From contig OZ024765.1 in NCBI GenBank assembly GCA_964016885.1, positions 16,926,001 through 16,990,000 on the forward strand: a stretch of DNA of 64,000 nt. Direction: 5' to 3'. Position 1 is the stretch's first letter. Every line of letters starts with the position of its first letter. The stretch comes from Eledone cirrhosa (Eukaryota). The notes below the pieces were generated by a model. The model saw only the letters and a list, made by a program, of their open reading frames with translations. It made no database searches and had not been told where the DNA came from. The translations under genes and the position numbers were made by a program. Shown here in pieces: positions 1-13,300 of the stretch.

Positions 1-895
1 AATAATCTCTTTGTTCATTCCATGTTTAGTCTCACAAAATATTGTTAATGCAAGATTTTGCTCTAATGTAATAAATGTTACTTTTAAAAGCCCGAAGTTC
101 TCAATTTTCTTCTTTCTCTTGTATATTGATATCTAAAGGATGACAAATGTATGAATTATGTGGTAGGGAGGAAAAAGCCACGACCTTCTTCTCTCGTTAC
201 AGAAGGCTAACTGACAACGTCTTTCGCAGGAGTGACTAGTACTACTGCCTTTTATATACCGTGACAACTGTAAAGACGTGACAAATAAGGATACACTCTG
301 CTCTCCTTATCAACATTGTCCGAGTCTGAAGACCTTTCCTCCCTGGTTAAGGAGTGAGATAACATATTAGGGATCAATCTCTAGCAATAATTTCATTAAA
401 TCATATTTAACCAGAGACTGTTATGTCGTGGTTGTTGCTATATTTTATAGTCGTGGTTTCAATGTTTAACAGGGCTTGTAGAATTAGCTTTATCTAATTA
501 TTATCAAACAAAACAGATTTATATATTGTCGCCGTTGTACGTTAAAATCGCATATATATTTATATACACACCAAGGATGGAGGGACGACGGAATTGAAAA
601 CCATTATTGCTGAGTACATCACGGCAAGATCTAATACACACACACTCTCCCGTATATATTTAATAATCAGCTATGACCATGAAGAAGGTCCCTGTAGATC
701 ATCTGGTTGTAGGATCTAATGAACCCGAAAGAAAGTGAAAATATATTTTATGAAAGCCCCAGAAGAATAAATGTAAACATTGACCCGATTATAGTAGAAA
801 TAACAATGAGAAAGCCATGAACGCCAGCACATCTATTTTGCTTGGAAATTAAAAGTAGGTTTATAAATATTAATTTTTTCTTATGTTCTTGTATC

Positions 896-980
896 TGTTT
901 GGTAGGTGTTAGAGACTATGTAGACACTGATGTGGTGTTCAATCTCAGTCCGAATCTGTACTATATATTTTTAAATTTAA
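896..980 (+). ncRNA. Degenerate tRNA-like Pol III gene D (copies ~5462-5546, ~10043-10127)
   Basis: Shared upstream AAAGTAGGTTTATAAATATTAATTTT (TATAAA 862-867), truncated A box, B-box-like GTTCAATCTC 937-946, T-run ~976-982. Confidence 0.35.
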
Positions 981-998
981 ATTTTTCTCTAGTAAAGT

Positions 999-1093
999 AA
1001 AAAATGAAATTATTATCTATAGACTTTGACTGAGATCGAAACCCAGAGCAGGTTCTCCACCGTGTCTAATACCTACCATTAGGACACGGAGAC
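999..1093 (-). ncRNA. tRNA-like Pol III gene C (copies ~5565-5659, ~10146-10240)
   Basis: Minus strand GTCTCCG-TGTCCTAATGG (TGGCCTAATGG in units 2/3) at +8, TTTCGA at +53, TATAAA at about -30, T6 downstream. Confidence 0.5.
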
Positions 1094-1157
1094 AGATATA
1101 AAAACAGTGTGAAAATTAATATTTATAAAGTTACTTTTTTATTTTTGTTTTATACTA

Positions 1158-1246
1158 TAAAAAATATAATACAACACACTGCCAGTGATCGAACCCCGGA
1201 CCTGGACCTCCACCGGCTCATATACTTACCACTAGGCTAAAGGGAC
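1158..1246 (-). ncRNA. tRNA-like Pol III gene A (copies ~5724-5812, ~10305-10393)
   Basis: Minus strand GTCCCTT-TAGCCTAGTGG (A box +8), GTTCGATC (G at +53), TATAAA at -29..-34, T6 terminator; no full cloverleaf. Confidence 0.6.
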
Positions 1247-1296
1247 GGTTACAGAAACTCACTGAAAATTGATATTTATAAACCTACTTTTTCATT

Positions 1297-1470
1297 ACTA
1301 GAAAAAACCGGAAGTGGAGAAAATTGAAAAACATCTTCTTTTTCTTCCTCTGATTTTTTTTTAATCCAAAATTTGGATTTAAGTCAGAGACGAGTTATCG
1401 TTCGTGGCGAAAATCAGAGGAAGAAAAAGAAGAAGTTTTTCAATTTTCTCCACTTCCGGTTTTTTCTAGT
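1297..1470. promoter_or_regulatory. 61-bp inverted repeat (1297-1357 / 1410-1470) with ETS-type CCGGAAGT in each arm, between divergent genes A and B
   Basis: Arms are reverse complements with one mismatch; CCGGAAGT 1308-1315, ACTTCCGG 1452-1459; present in every unit. Regulatory role is inferred. Confidence 0.6.
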
Positions 1471-1511
1471 ATAGGTAAGTAAATATTAATTTTCAAAAAA
1501 TTTTTGTTACC

Positions 1512-1584
1512 GTCCCTGTGGCCTAATGGTAAGCACTAGAGACGGTGGAGATCCTGATTTAGGGTTCGATTTCCGTTAGGTTTT
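1512..1584 (+). ncRNA. tRNA-like Pol III gene B (copies ~6078-6150, ~10659-10731)
   Basis: GTCCCTG-TGGCCTAATGG (A box 1519-1529, +8), GGTTCGATTTCC (G1564 = +53), TTTT 1581-1584. Confidence 0.6.
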
Positions 1585-3924
1585 ATACTAATAACTGCGT
1601 ACTTGTTTCTTTTATTAAGTAAGATTTGAACTAATAATGCTGTACTTTGTAGTAATATCCCATATTATATTCAACATATTTTAATTAAAATTTATTTTTT
1701 TTATAAAAGAAAGAACAAAAAACCTTATTGAAATTAAGAAATGAATTTTATTCAGTAAAGTTGTTTTTATTTTGTTTTCACTTCATTAACTGCTGAATAC
1801 GTCTTTTGTTTTTGTTTTTGATTCTTTCTAACCATTGTTTACTGTGAATGGTGACTGCAACGAACCTGGATTATTACCAAGTTTCACTGGATGATTGTAT
1901 TATTTTGTTGTCAGTGGACATCTGGACATCTATCTAAATACCTGGAATAAACACAAGGTGTGTGTTTTACGTAACATTTCATTTTAATGTCTGATGTTCC
2001 TGTATTTCACATTTAAAATGTAACCAAAAATAAACAAGACAGGGACGCTACATCAAAATAAACCACACAGACGAGGTACGAATAATCTAAAATTAATTTT
2101 AACAAACTATAAACGATGTTTAAAGAGAGACGAACATTAAAATAGGATTTCAAACAAACACGTAAACACAAAGACAATTACAGCCGCCATAATCTAATAT
2201 CTGAAGATCAACATTTTTCACGATAGAAATAAAACTAAATAAGTAAAGTTTAGTGGCCCCTGATTTACTTGTTTTAATTTCATTTTGATAATCTGTATTC
2301 TGTAGACATATATTTATGATTTTAATGATGAAATTTCCTCTTGTCTTTAAAAGATTATTACTTATAAAAATTATAATAGTCACCTCCTCCTCTCGATTAA
2401 TATATAGCATCATTCGAGGTAGCTTACCCACAGGGGTTCCTCAACTGGGCGGTTTCAACTGTTGGGTGGGCGATGAGCAGCTGAACAGAAAATTGAGGGC
2501 CATTGGAAACTTTGGTGGCCGATATAGAATTTTGAGATTTAAGAAGGTATGCTACCCGAAAACCTATTCAAGGAATATATGCAAAGAACCTGAATAAATA
2601 TCAGGAAGCTAATTGGGAAAATTAAACCAGGAACAAACATTTACGAAACATATTTGGTATACTTTGGAATATTTACTATACAGGTGGCTGGTGGAACATT
2701 TTTTCATGTGAAAGTGGGAAATGACGCCAAAATATTTGGCAACCCTTGGCTCACACCTTACTAAATGTTCTGGAGACAAGCCTCTTCGCTATATATCATA
2801 GTTCTTCAATCCTTCATCTTCCACAGTTGGTGAAGTATTTCGATTTGATATGACGATCGCAGAGTTAGATTTAGGACGTGGTGGCGTTCATGGGTTTCTT
2901 AGTGTTGTTACTAGAAAGGGTCGACTCTGTCTTTCACACTTCAGGTTTTTTCATGAATTAAATATCCATTTTCTTTCTGATCGGTCTAACAATGATTTGA
3001 ACCTACAATGACTCCGTCTGTAATAATGTTCTCTTATTTGAAATATGCCATACCTAACTCCCGTGTCTGTGTGTGTGAAAAATATTCCAACTTAGAGCGA
3101 CGTGCCCGTAAATTATTTAGCCTGATTCCTATATATAGATAATGTGTAATATTTGAACCTTCATGGAGGGTCTTTGCCGTAATTTCCCGTAACTCCGACT
3201 AGAAGTCATTATGTAGTTTTTTCGTCCGTTAAAAATAATGATTAAAACAATTCTATATCCACAGTTATATACACCTCTTCATCACATATTATATTATTTC
3301 CACCAATAACTACATTATATCCTTAAATATGACACCAAGACATATAATTTGTAAATAAAAGATAAAATATTAAAACCTCAATTTTTAAATAATTTTACCC
3401 CACCTTTGTGTTCTCAGTGTTTAGATTAACCCATAATTTTATGATTTTGGAGCATATAACTTATAGTACCAGTCATGTACTGGGATCAATTTAACGGATT
3501 GGTTCCTCCCGGCAAATTACTTGACTTTTGCCTAAGTAAGACATACTCACAAAATGTATCGATGTATATGTATGAATGTATATATATATTAGTATATTTT
3601 ATGTTTACAATAAAAATAGACAAACAATTTAATGATATGCAATGAAATTATTATTATTTATTAATAATATTTTTATTGTTTTCACTGCATTAACTTCTGA
3701 GTGACTTTTATTTTCTACTGTAAATGGCGGCTTAATTGGATTATTACTAAGGTTTACTGGATTGTGGTGTTTCTTTATTGTTTTATATTTCAATCAGTGG
3801 ACATCAGGATAGCTTTCTATATACCTGGAATAAATGTAAACAGTACTGACTTTCATCTGCAGTTCAATGGTGATGTCTTCTTATATTTTCATTTACTTCT
3901 GCAATACTGTATATTGTAGTCTTT

Positions 3925-4365
3925 TCATTATTTTAAATATTTCTATCATGTCACTCGTTTGATATATCTCACCGAAAGATATAGTTATTCAGAGCTTTAC
4001 ATTGGAATAGTGTACTACTATTTAAATATTAGTCCTTTAAATATATATTTCTATCATGTCCCCCCCCCCCCCCCTCTTAGATTTATCTCCTCTAAATTTG
4101 CAATCCCTAAAGTTTAACATCTTTCTTCAGAAGACAGATTTCTTAATAATTCTGGTGTTTTCTGTTTTGTTCTTTTCTGGATTCCTTCAATAGCTTCTCC
4201 GTATTTTCTGAAGTCGTCTGACCATGCCCCAAAACAATATTCTAGGTCGTATCACACATATCATTCAACTAGTGTTTTAGACCTCTCGACATTTAGCTAG
4301 GCAAAGGAATGTTTTATTATTCCTATCATCTGAATTCCTTTTTTTTCTTCAACATGTTTAGCCAT
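3925..4365 (-). mobile_element. Decayed CR1-group LINE ORF2 C-terminal fragment (copies ~8505-8945, ~13086-13526)
   Basis: Minus translation MIGIIKHSFA*..DLEYCFGAWSDDFRKYGEAIEGIQKR..LRNLSSEER..LEEINLRG/DMIEIFKIM matches the CR1 post-RT pattern MLG.I.RSF..VRP.LEY..AWSP..LE.VQRR..L.YEERL..RRLRGD.IE.FKI. Confidence 0.8.
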
Positions 4366-7300
4366 CTTTAAAATCATATTCATACATATTCACAATTCCT
4401 CGTGGAGGGGTATAAGAGACATGTATAAATATAGCTGCATATTACTACAAAATAACTTGAACCATATCGCGAAACATTTTGTAAAGTATCTCTGTAATTA
4501 TTCTCATTTCGATTTTCTGTAGAATGTATTGACGTTTAAGATAGAGACAATTGCCCTTCTTCTAATAATCTCTTTGTCCATTCCATGTTTTAGTCTCACA
4601 AAATATTGTTAATGCAAGATTTTGCTCTAATGTAATAAATGTTACTTTTAAAAGACCGAAGTTCTCAATTTTCTTCTTTCTCTTGTATATTGATATCTAA
4701 AGGATGACAAATGTATGAATTATGTGATAGGGAGGAAAAAAAGCCACGACCTTCTTCTCTCGTTACAGAAGGCTAACTGACAACGTCTTTCGCAGGAGTG
4801 ACTAGTACTGCTGCCTTTTATATACCGTGACAACTGGAAAGACGTGACAAATAAGGATACACTCTGCTCTCCTTATCAACATTGTCCGAGTCTGAGGACC
4901 TTTTCTCCCTGGTTAAGGAGTGAGATAAAATATTAGGGATCAATCTCTAGCAATAATTTCATTAAATCATATTTAACCAGAGACTGTTATGTCGTGGTTG
5001 TTGCTATATTTTATAGTCGTGGTTTCAATGTTTAACAGGGCTTGTAGAATTAGCTTTATCTAATTATTATCAAACAAAACAGATTTATATATTGTCGCCG
5101 TTGTACGTTAAAATCACATATATATTTATATACACACCAAGGATGGAGGGACGACGGAATTGAAAACCATTATTGCTGAGTACATCACGGCAAGATCTAA
5201 TACACACACACTCTCCCGTATATATTTAATAATCAGCTATGACCATGAAGAAGGTCCCTGTAGATCATCTGGTTGTAGGATCTAATGAACCCGAAAGAAA
5301 GTGAAAATATATTTTATGAAAGCCCCAGAAGAATAAATGTAAACATTGACCCGATTATAGTAGAAATAACAATGAGAAAGCCATGAACGCCAGCACATCT
5401 ATTTTGCTTGGAAATTAAAAGTAGGTTTATAAATATTAATTTTTTCTTATGTTCTTGTATCTGTTTGGTAGGTGTTAGAGACTATGTAGACACTGATGTG
5501 GTGTTCAATCTCAGTCCGAATCTGTACTATATATTTTTAAATTTAAATTTTTCTCTAGTAAAGTAAAAAATGAAATTATTATCTATAGACTTTGACTGAA
5601 ATCGAAACCCAGAGCAGGTTCTCCACCGTCTCTAATACCTACCATTAGGCCACGGAGACAGATATAAAAACAGTGTGAAAATTAATATTTATAAAGTTAC
5701 TTTTTTATTTTTGTTTTATACTATAAAAAATATAATACTACACACTGCCAGTGATTGAACCCCGGACCTGGACCTCCACCGGCTCATATACTTACCACTA
5801 GGCTAAAGGGACGGTTACAGAAACTTACTTAAAAATTGATATTTATAAACCTACTTTTTCATTACTAGAAAAAACCGGAAGTGGAGAAAATTGAAAAACA
5901 TCTTCTTTTTCTTCCTCTGATTTTTTTTTATCCAAAATTTGGATTTAAGTCAGAGACGAGTTATCGTTCGTGGCAAAAATCAGAGGAAGAAAAAGAAGAA
6001 GTTTTTCAATTTTCTCCACTTCCGGTTTTTTCTAGTATAGGTAAGTAAATATTAATTTTCAAAAAATTTTTGTAACCGTCCCTGTGGCCTAATGGTAAGC
6101 ACTAGAGACGGTGGAGATCCTGATTTAGAGTTCGATTTCCGTTAGGTTTTATACTAATAACTGCGTATTTGTTTCTTTTATTAAGTAAGATTTGAACTAA
6201 TAATGCTGTACTTTGTAGTAATGTCCCATATTATATTCAACATATTTTAATTAAAATTTATTTTTTTTATAAAAGAAAGAACAAAAAACCTTATTGAAAT
6301 TAAGAAATGAATTTTATTCAGTAAAGTTGTTTTTATTTTGTTTTCACTTCATTAACTGCTGAATACGTCTTTTGTTTTTGTTTTTGATTCTTTCAAGAAC
6401 CATTGTTTACTGTGAATGGTGACTGCAACGAACCTGGATTATTACCAAGTTTCACTGGATGATTGTATTATTTTGTTGTCAGTGGACATCTGGACATCTA
6501 TCTAAATACCTGGAATAAACACAAGGTGTGTGTTTTACGTAACATTTCATTTTAATGTCTGATGTTCCTGTATTTCACATTTAAAATGTAACCAAAAATA
6601 AACAAGACAGGGACGCTACATCAAAATAAACCACACAGACGAGGTACGAATAATCTAAAATTAATTTTAACAAACTATAAACGATGTTTAAAGAGAGACG
6701 AACATTAAAATAGGATTTCAAACAAACACGTAAACACAAAGACAATTACAGCCGCCATAATCTAATATCTGAAGATCAACATTTTTCACGATAGAAATAA
6801 AACTAAATAAGTAAAGTTTAGTGGCCCCTGATTTACTTGTTTTAATTTCATTTTGATAATCTGTATTCTGTAGACATATATTTATGATTTTAATGATGAA
6901 ATTTCCTCTTGTCTTTAAAAGATTATTACTTATAAAAATTATAATAGTCACCTCCTCCTCTCGATTAATATATAGCATCATTCGAGGTAGCTTACCCACA
7001 GGGGTTCCTCAACTGGGCGGTTTCAACTGTTGGGTGGGCGATGAGCAGCTGAACAGAAAATTGAGGGCCATTGGAAACTTTGGTGGCCGATATAGAATTT
7101 TGAGATTTAAGAAGGTATGCTACCCGAAAACCTATTCAAGGAATATATGCAAAGAACCTGAATAAATATCAGGAAGCTAATTGGGAAAATTAAACCAGGA
7201 ACAAACATTTACGAAACATATTTGGTATACTTTGGAATATTTACTATACAGGTGGCTGGTGGAACATTTTTTCATGTGAAAGTGGGAAATGACGCCAAAA

Positions 7301-10300
7301 TATTTGGCAACCCTTGGCTCACACCTTACTAAATGTTCTGGAGACAAGCCTCTTCGCTATATATCATAGTTCTTCAATCCTTCATCTTCCACAGTTGGTG
7401 AAGTATTTCGATTTGATATGACGATCGCAGAGTTAGATTTAGGACGTGGTGGCGTTCATGGATTTCTTAGTGTTGTTACTAGAAAGGGTCGACTCTGTCT
7501 TTCACACTTCAGGTTTTTTCATGAATTAAATATCCATTTTCTTTCTGATCGGTCTAACAATGATTTGAACCTACAATGACTCCGTCTGTAATAATGTTCT
7601 CTTATTTGAAATATGCCATACCTAACTCCCGTGTCTGTGTGTGTGAAAAATATTCCAACTTAGAGCGACGTGCCCGTAAATTATTTAGCCTGATTCCTAT
7701 ATATAGATAATGTGTAATATTTGAACCTTCATGGAGGGTCTTTGCCGTAATTTCCCGTAACTCCGACTAGAAGTCATTATGTAGTTTTTTCGTCCGTTAA
7801 AAATAATGATTAAAACAATTCTATATCCACAGTTATATACACCTCTTCATCACATATTATATTATTTCCACCAATAACTACATTATATCCTTAAATATGA
7901 CACCAAGACATATAATTTGTAAATAAAAGATAAAATATTAAAACCTCAATTTTTAAATAATTTTACCCCACCTTTGTGTTCTCAGTGTTTAGATTAACCC
8001 ATAATTTTATGATTTTGGAGCATATAACTTATAGTACCAGTCATGTACTGGGATCAATTTAACGGATTGGTTCCTCCCCGCAAATTACTTGACTTTTGCC
8101 TAAGTAAGACATACTCACAGAATGTATCGATGTATATGTATGAATGTATATATATATTAGTATATTTTATGTTTACAATAAAAATAGACAAACAATTTAA
8201 TGATAATATGAAATGAAATTATTATTATTTATTAATAATATTTTTATTGTTTTCACTGCATTAACTTCTGAGTGTGACTTTGTTTTTCTTACTATTTTCT
8301 ACTGTAAATGGCGGCTTAATTGGATTATTACTAAGGTTTACTGGATTGTGGTGTTTCTTTATTGTTTTATATTTCAATCAGTGGACATCAGGATAGCTTT
8401 CTATATACCTGGGATAAATGTAAACAGTACTGACTTTCATCTGCAGTTCAATGGTGATGTCTTCTTATATTTTCATTTACTTCTGCAATACTGTATATTG
8501 TAGTCTTTTCATTATTTTAAATATTTCTATCATGTCACTCGTTTGATATATCTCCCCGAAAGATATAGTTATTCAGAGTTTTACATTGGAATAGTGTACT
8601 ACTATTTAAATATTAGTCCTTTAAATATATATTTCTATCATGTCCCCCCCACCCTCTTAGATTTATCTCCTCTAAATTTGCAATCCCTAAAGTTTAACAT
8701 CTTTCTTCAGAAGACAGATTTCTTAATAATTCTGGTGTTTTCTGTTTTGTTCTTTTCTGGATTCCTTCAATAGCTTCTCCGTATTTTCTGAAGTCGTCTG
8801 ACCATGCCCCAAAACAATATTCTAGGTCGTATCACACATATCATTCAACTAGTGTTTTAGACCTCTCGACATTTAGCTAGGCAAAGGAATGTTTTATTAT
8901 TCCTATCATCTGAATTCCTTTTTTTTCTTCAACATGTTTAGCCATCTTTAAAATCATATTCATACATATTCACAATTCCTCGTGGAGGGGTATAAGAGAC
9001 ATGTATAAATATAGCTGCATATTACTACAAAATAACTTGAACCATATCGCGAAACATTTTGTAAAGTATCTCTGTAATTATTCTCATTTCGATTTTCTGT
9101 AGAATGTATTGACGTTTAAGATAGAGACAATTGCCCTTCTTCTAATAATCTCTTTGTCCATTCCATGTTTTAGTCTCACAAAATATTGTTAATGCAAGAT
9201 TTTGCTCTAATGTAATAAATGTTACTTTTAAAAGACCGAAGTTCTCAATTTTCTTCTTTCTCTTGTATATTGATATCTAAAGGATGACAAATGTATGAAT
9301 TATGTGATAGGGAGGAAAAAAAAGCCACGACCTTCTTCTCTCGTTACAGAAGGCTAACTGACAACGTCTTTCGCAGGAGTGACTAGTACTGCTGCCTTTT
9401 ATATACCGTGACAACTGGAAAGACGTGACAAATAAGGATACACTCTGCTCTCCTTATCAACATTGTCCGAGTCTGAGGACCTTTTCTCCCTGGTTAAGGA
9501 GTGAGATAAAATATTAGGGATCAATCTCTAGCAATAATTTCATTAAATCATATTTAACCAGAGACTGTTATGTCGTGGTTGTTGCTATATTTTATAGTCG
9601 TGGTTTCAATGTTTAACAGGGGTTGTAGAATTAGCTTTATCTAATTATTATCAAACAAAACAGATTTATATATTGTCGCCGTTGTACGTTAAAATCACAT
9701 ATATATTTATATACACACCAAGGATGGAGGGACGACGGAATTGAAAACCATTATTGCTGAGTACATCACGGCAAGATCTAATACACACACACTCTCCCGT
9801 ATATATTTAATAATCAGCTATGACCATGAAGAAGGTCCCTGTAGATCATCTGGTTGTAGGATCTAATGAACCCGAAAGAAAGTGAAAATATATTTTATGA
9901 AAGCCCCAGAAGAATAAATGTAAACATTGACCCGATTATAGTAGAAATAACAATGAGAAAGCCATGAACGCCAGCACATCTATTTTGCTTGGAAATTAAA
10001 AGTAGGTTTATAAATATTAATTTTTTCTTATGTTCTTGTATCTGTTTGGTAGGTGTTAGAGACTATGTAGACACTGATGTGGTGTTCAATCTCAGTCCGA
10101 ATCTGTACTATATATTTTTAAATTTAAATTTTTCTCTAGTAAAGTAAAAAATGAAATTATTATCTATAGACTTTGACTGAAATCGAAACCCAGAGCAGGT
10201 TCTCCACCGTCTCTAATACCTACCATTAGGCCACGGAGACAGATATAAAAACAGTGTGAAAATTAATATTTATAAAGTTACTTTTTTATTTTTGTTTTAT

Positions 10301-13300
10301 ACTATAAAAAATATAATACTACACACTGCCAGTGATTGAACCCCGGACCTGGACCTCCACCGGCTCATATACTTACCACTAGGCTAAAGGGACGGTTACA
10401 GAAACTTACTTAAAAATTGATATTTATAAACCTACTTTTTCATTACTAGAAAAAACCGGAAGTGGAGAAAATTGAAAAACATCTTCTTTTTCTTCCTCTG
10501 ATTTTTTTTTATCCAAAATTTGGATTTAAGTCAGAGACGAGTTATCGTTCGTGGCAAAAATCAGAGGAAGAAAAAGAAGAAGTTTTTCAATTTTCTCCAC
10601 TTCCGGTTTTTTCTAGTATAGGTAAGTAAATATTAATTTTCAAAAAATTTTTGTAACCGTCCCTGTGGCCTAATGGTAAGCACTAGAGACGGTGGAGATC
10701 CTGATTTAGAGTTCGATTTCCGTTAGGTTTTATACTAATAACTGCGTATTTGTTTCTTTTATTAAGTAAGATTTGAACTAATAATGCTGTACTTTGTAGT
10801 AATGTCCCATATTATATTCAACATATTTTAATTAAAATTTATTTTTTTTATAAAAGAAAGAACAAAAAACCTTATTGAAATTAAGAAATGAATTTTATTC
10901 AGTAAAGTTGTTTTTATTTTGTTTTCACTTCATTAACTGCTGAATACGTCTTTTGTTTTTGTTTTTGATTCTTTCAAGAACCATTGTTTACTGTGAATGG
11001 TGACTGCAACGAACCTGGATTATTACCAAGTTTCACTGGATGATTGTATTATTTTGTTGTCAGTGGACATCTGGACATCTATCTAAATACCTGGAATAAA
11101 CACAAGGTGTGTGTTTTACGTAACATTTCATTTTAATGTCTGATGTTCCTGTATTTCACATTTAAAATGTAACCAAAAATAAACAAGACAGGGACGCTAC
11201 ATCAAAATAAACCACACAGACGAGGTACGAATAATCTAAAATTAATTTTAACAAACTATAAACGATGTTTAAAGAGAGACGAACATTAAAATAGGATTTC
11301 AAACAAACACGTAAACACAAAGACAATTACAGCCGCCATAATCTAATATCTGAAGATCAACATTTTTCACGATAGAAATAAAACTAAATAAGTAAAGTTT
11401 AGTGGCCCCTGATTTACTTGTTTTAATTTCATTTTGATAATCTGTATTCTGTAGACATATATTTATGATTTTAATGATGAAATTTCCTCTTGTCTTTAAA
11501 AGATTATTACTTATAAAAATTATAATAGTCACCTCCTCCTCTCGATTAATATATAGCATCATTCGAGGTAGCTTACCCACAGGGGTTCCTCAACTGGGCG
11601 GTTTCAACTGTTGGGTGGGCGATGAGCAGCTGAACAGAAAATTGAGGGCCATTGGAAACTTTGGTGGCCGATATAGAATTTTGAGATTTAAGAAGGTATG
11701 CTACCCGAAAACCTATTCAAGGAATATATGCAAAGAACCTGAATAAATATCAGGAAGCTAATTGGGAAAATTAAACCAGGAACAAACATTTACGAAACAT
11801 ATTTGGTATACTTTGGAATATTTACTATACAGGTGGCTGGTGGAACATTTTTTCATGTGAAAGTGGGAAATGACGCCAAAATATTTGGCAACCCTTGGCT
11901 CACACCTTACTAAATGTTCTGGAGACAAGCCTCTTCGCTATATATCATAGTTCTTCAATCCTTCATCTTCCACAGTTGGTGAAGTATTTCGATTTGATAT
12001 GACGATCGCAGAGTTAGATTTAGGACGTGGTGGCGTTCATGGGTTTCTTAGTGTTGTTACTAGAAAGGGTCGACTCTGTCTTTCACACTTCAGGTTTTTT
12101 CATGAATTAAATATCCATTTTCTTTCTGATCGGTCTAACAATGATTTGAACCTACAATGACTCCGTCTGTAATAATGTTCTCTTATTTGAAATATGCCAT
12201 ACCTAACTCCCGTGTCTGTGTGTGTGAAAAATATTCCAACTTAGAGCGACGTGCCCGTAAATTATTTAGCCTGATTCCTATATATAGATAATGTGTAATA
12301 TTTGAACCTTCATGGAGGGTCTTTGCCGTAATTTCCCGTAACTCCGACTAGAAGTCATTATGTAGTTTTTTCGTCCGTTAAAAATAATGATTAAAACAAT
12401 TCTATATCCACAGTTATATACACCTCTTCATCACATATTATATTATTTCCACCAATAACTACATTATATCCTTAAATATGACACCAAGACATATAATTTG
12501 TAAATAAAAGATAAAATATTAAAACCTCAATTTTTAAATAATTTTACCCCACCTTTGTGTTCTCAGTGTTTAGATTAACCCATAATTTTATGATTTTGGA
12601 GCATATAACTTATAGTACCAGTCATGTACTGGGATCAATTTAACGGATTGGTTCCTCCCCGCAAATTACTTGACTTTTGCCTAAGTAAGACATACTCACA
12701 GAATGTATCGATGTATATGTATGAATGTATATATATATTAGTATATTTTATGTTTACAATAAAAATAGACAAACAATTTAATGATAATATGAAATGAAAT
12801 TATTATTATTTATTAATAATATTTTTATTGTTTTCACTGCATTAACTTCTGAGTGTGACTTTGTTTTTCTTACTATTTTCTACTGTAAATGGCGGCTTAA
12901 TTGGATTATTACTAAGGTTTACTGGATTGTGGTGTTTCTTTATTGTTTTATATTTCAATCAGTGGACATCAGGATAGCTTTCTATATACCTGGGATAAAT
13001 GTAAACAGTACTGACTTTCATCTGCAGTTCAATGGTGATGTCTTCTTATATTTTCATTTACTTCTGCAATACTGTATATTGTAGTCTTTTCATTATTTTA
13101 AATATTTCTATCATGTCACTCGTTTGATATATCTCCCCGAAAGATATAGTTATTCAGAGTTTTACATTGGAATAGTGTACTACTATTTAAATATTAGTCC
13201 TTTAAATATATATTTCTATCATGTCCCCCCCACCCTCTTAGATTTATCTCCTCTAAATTTGCAATCCCTAAAGTTTAACATCTTTCTTCAGAAGACAGAT

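Noticed and set aside
1158-1584. Functional tRNA-His(GTG) genes
   Set aside because: GTG sits at nominal 34-36, but G replaces U33 and acceptor, D and anticodon stems do not pair.
2150-2597. 93-aa ORFs on both strands, repeated in each unit
   Set aside because: No recognisable motif; identity between copies only reflects the recent tandem amplification.
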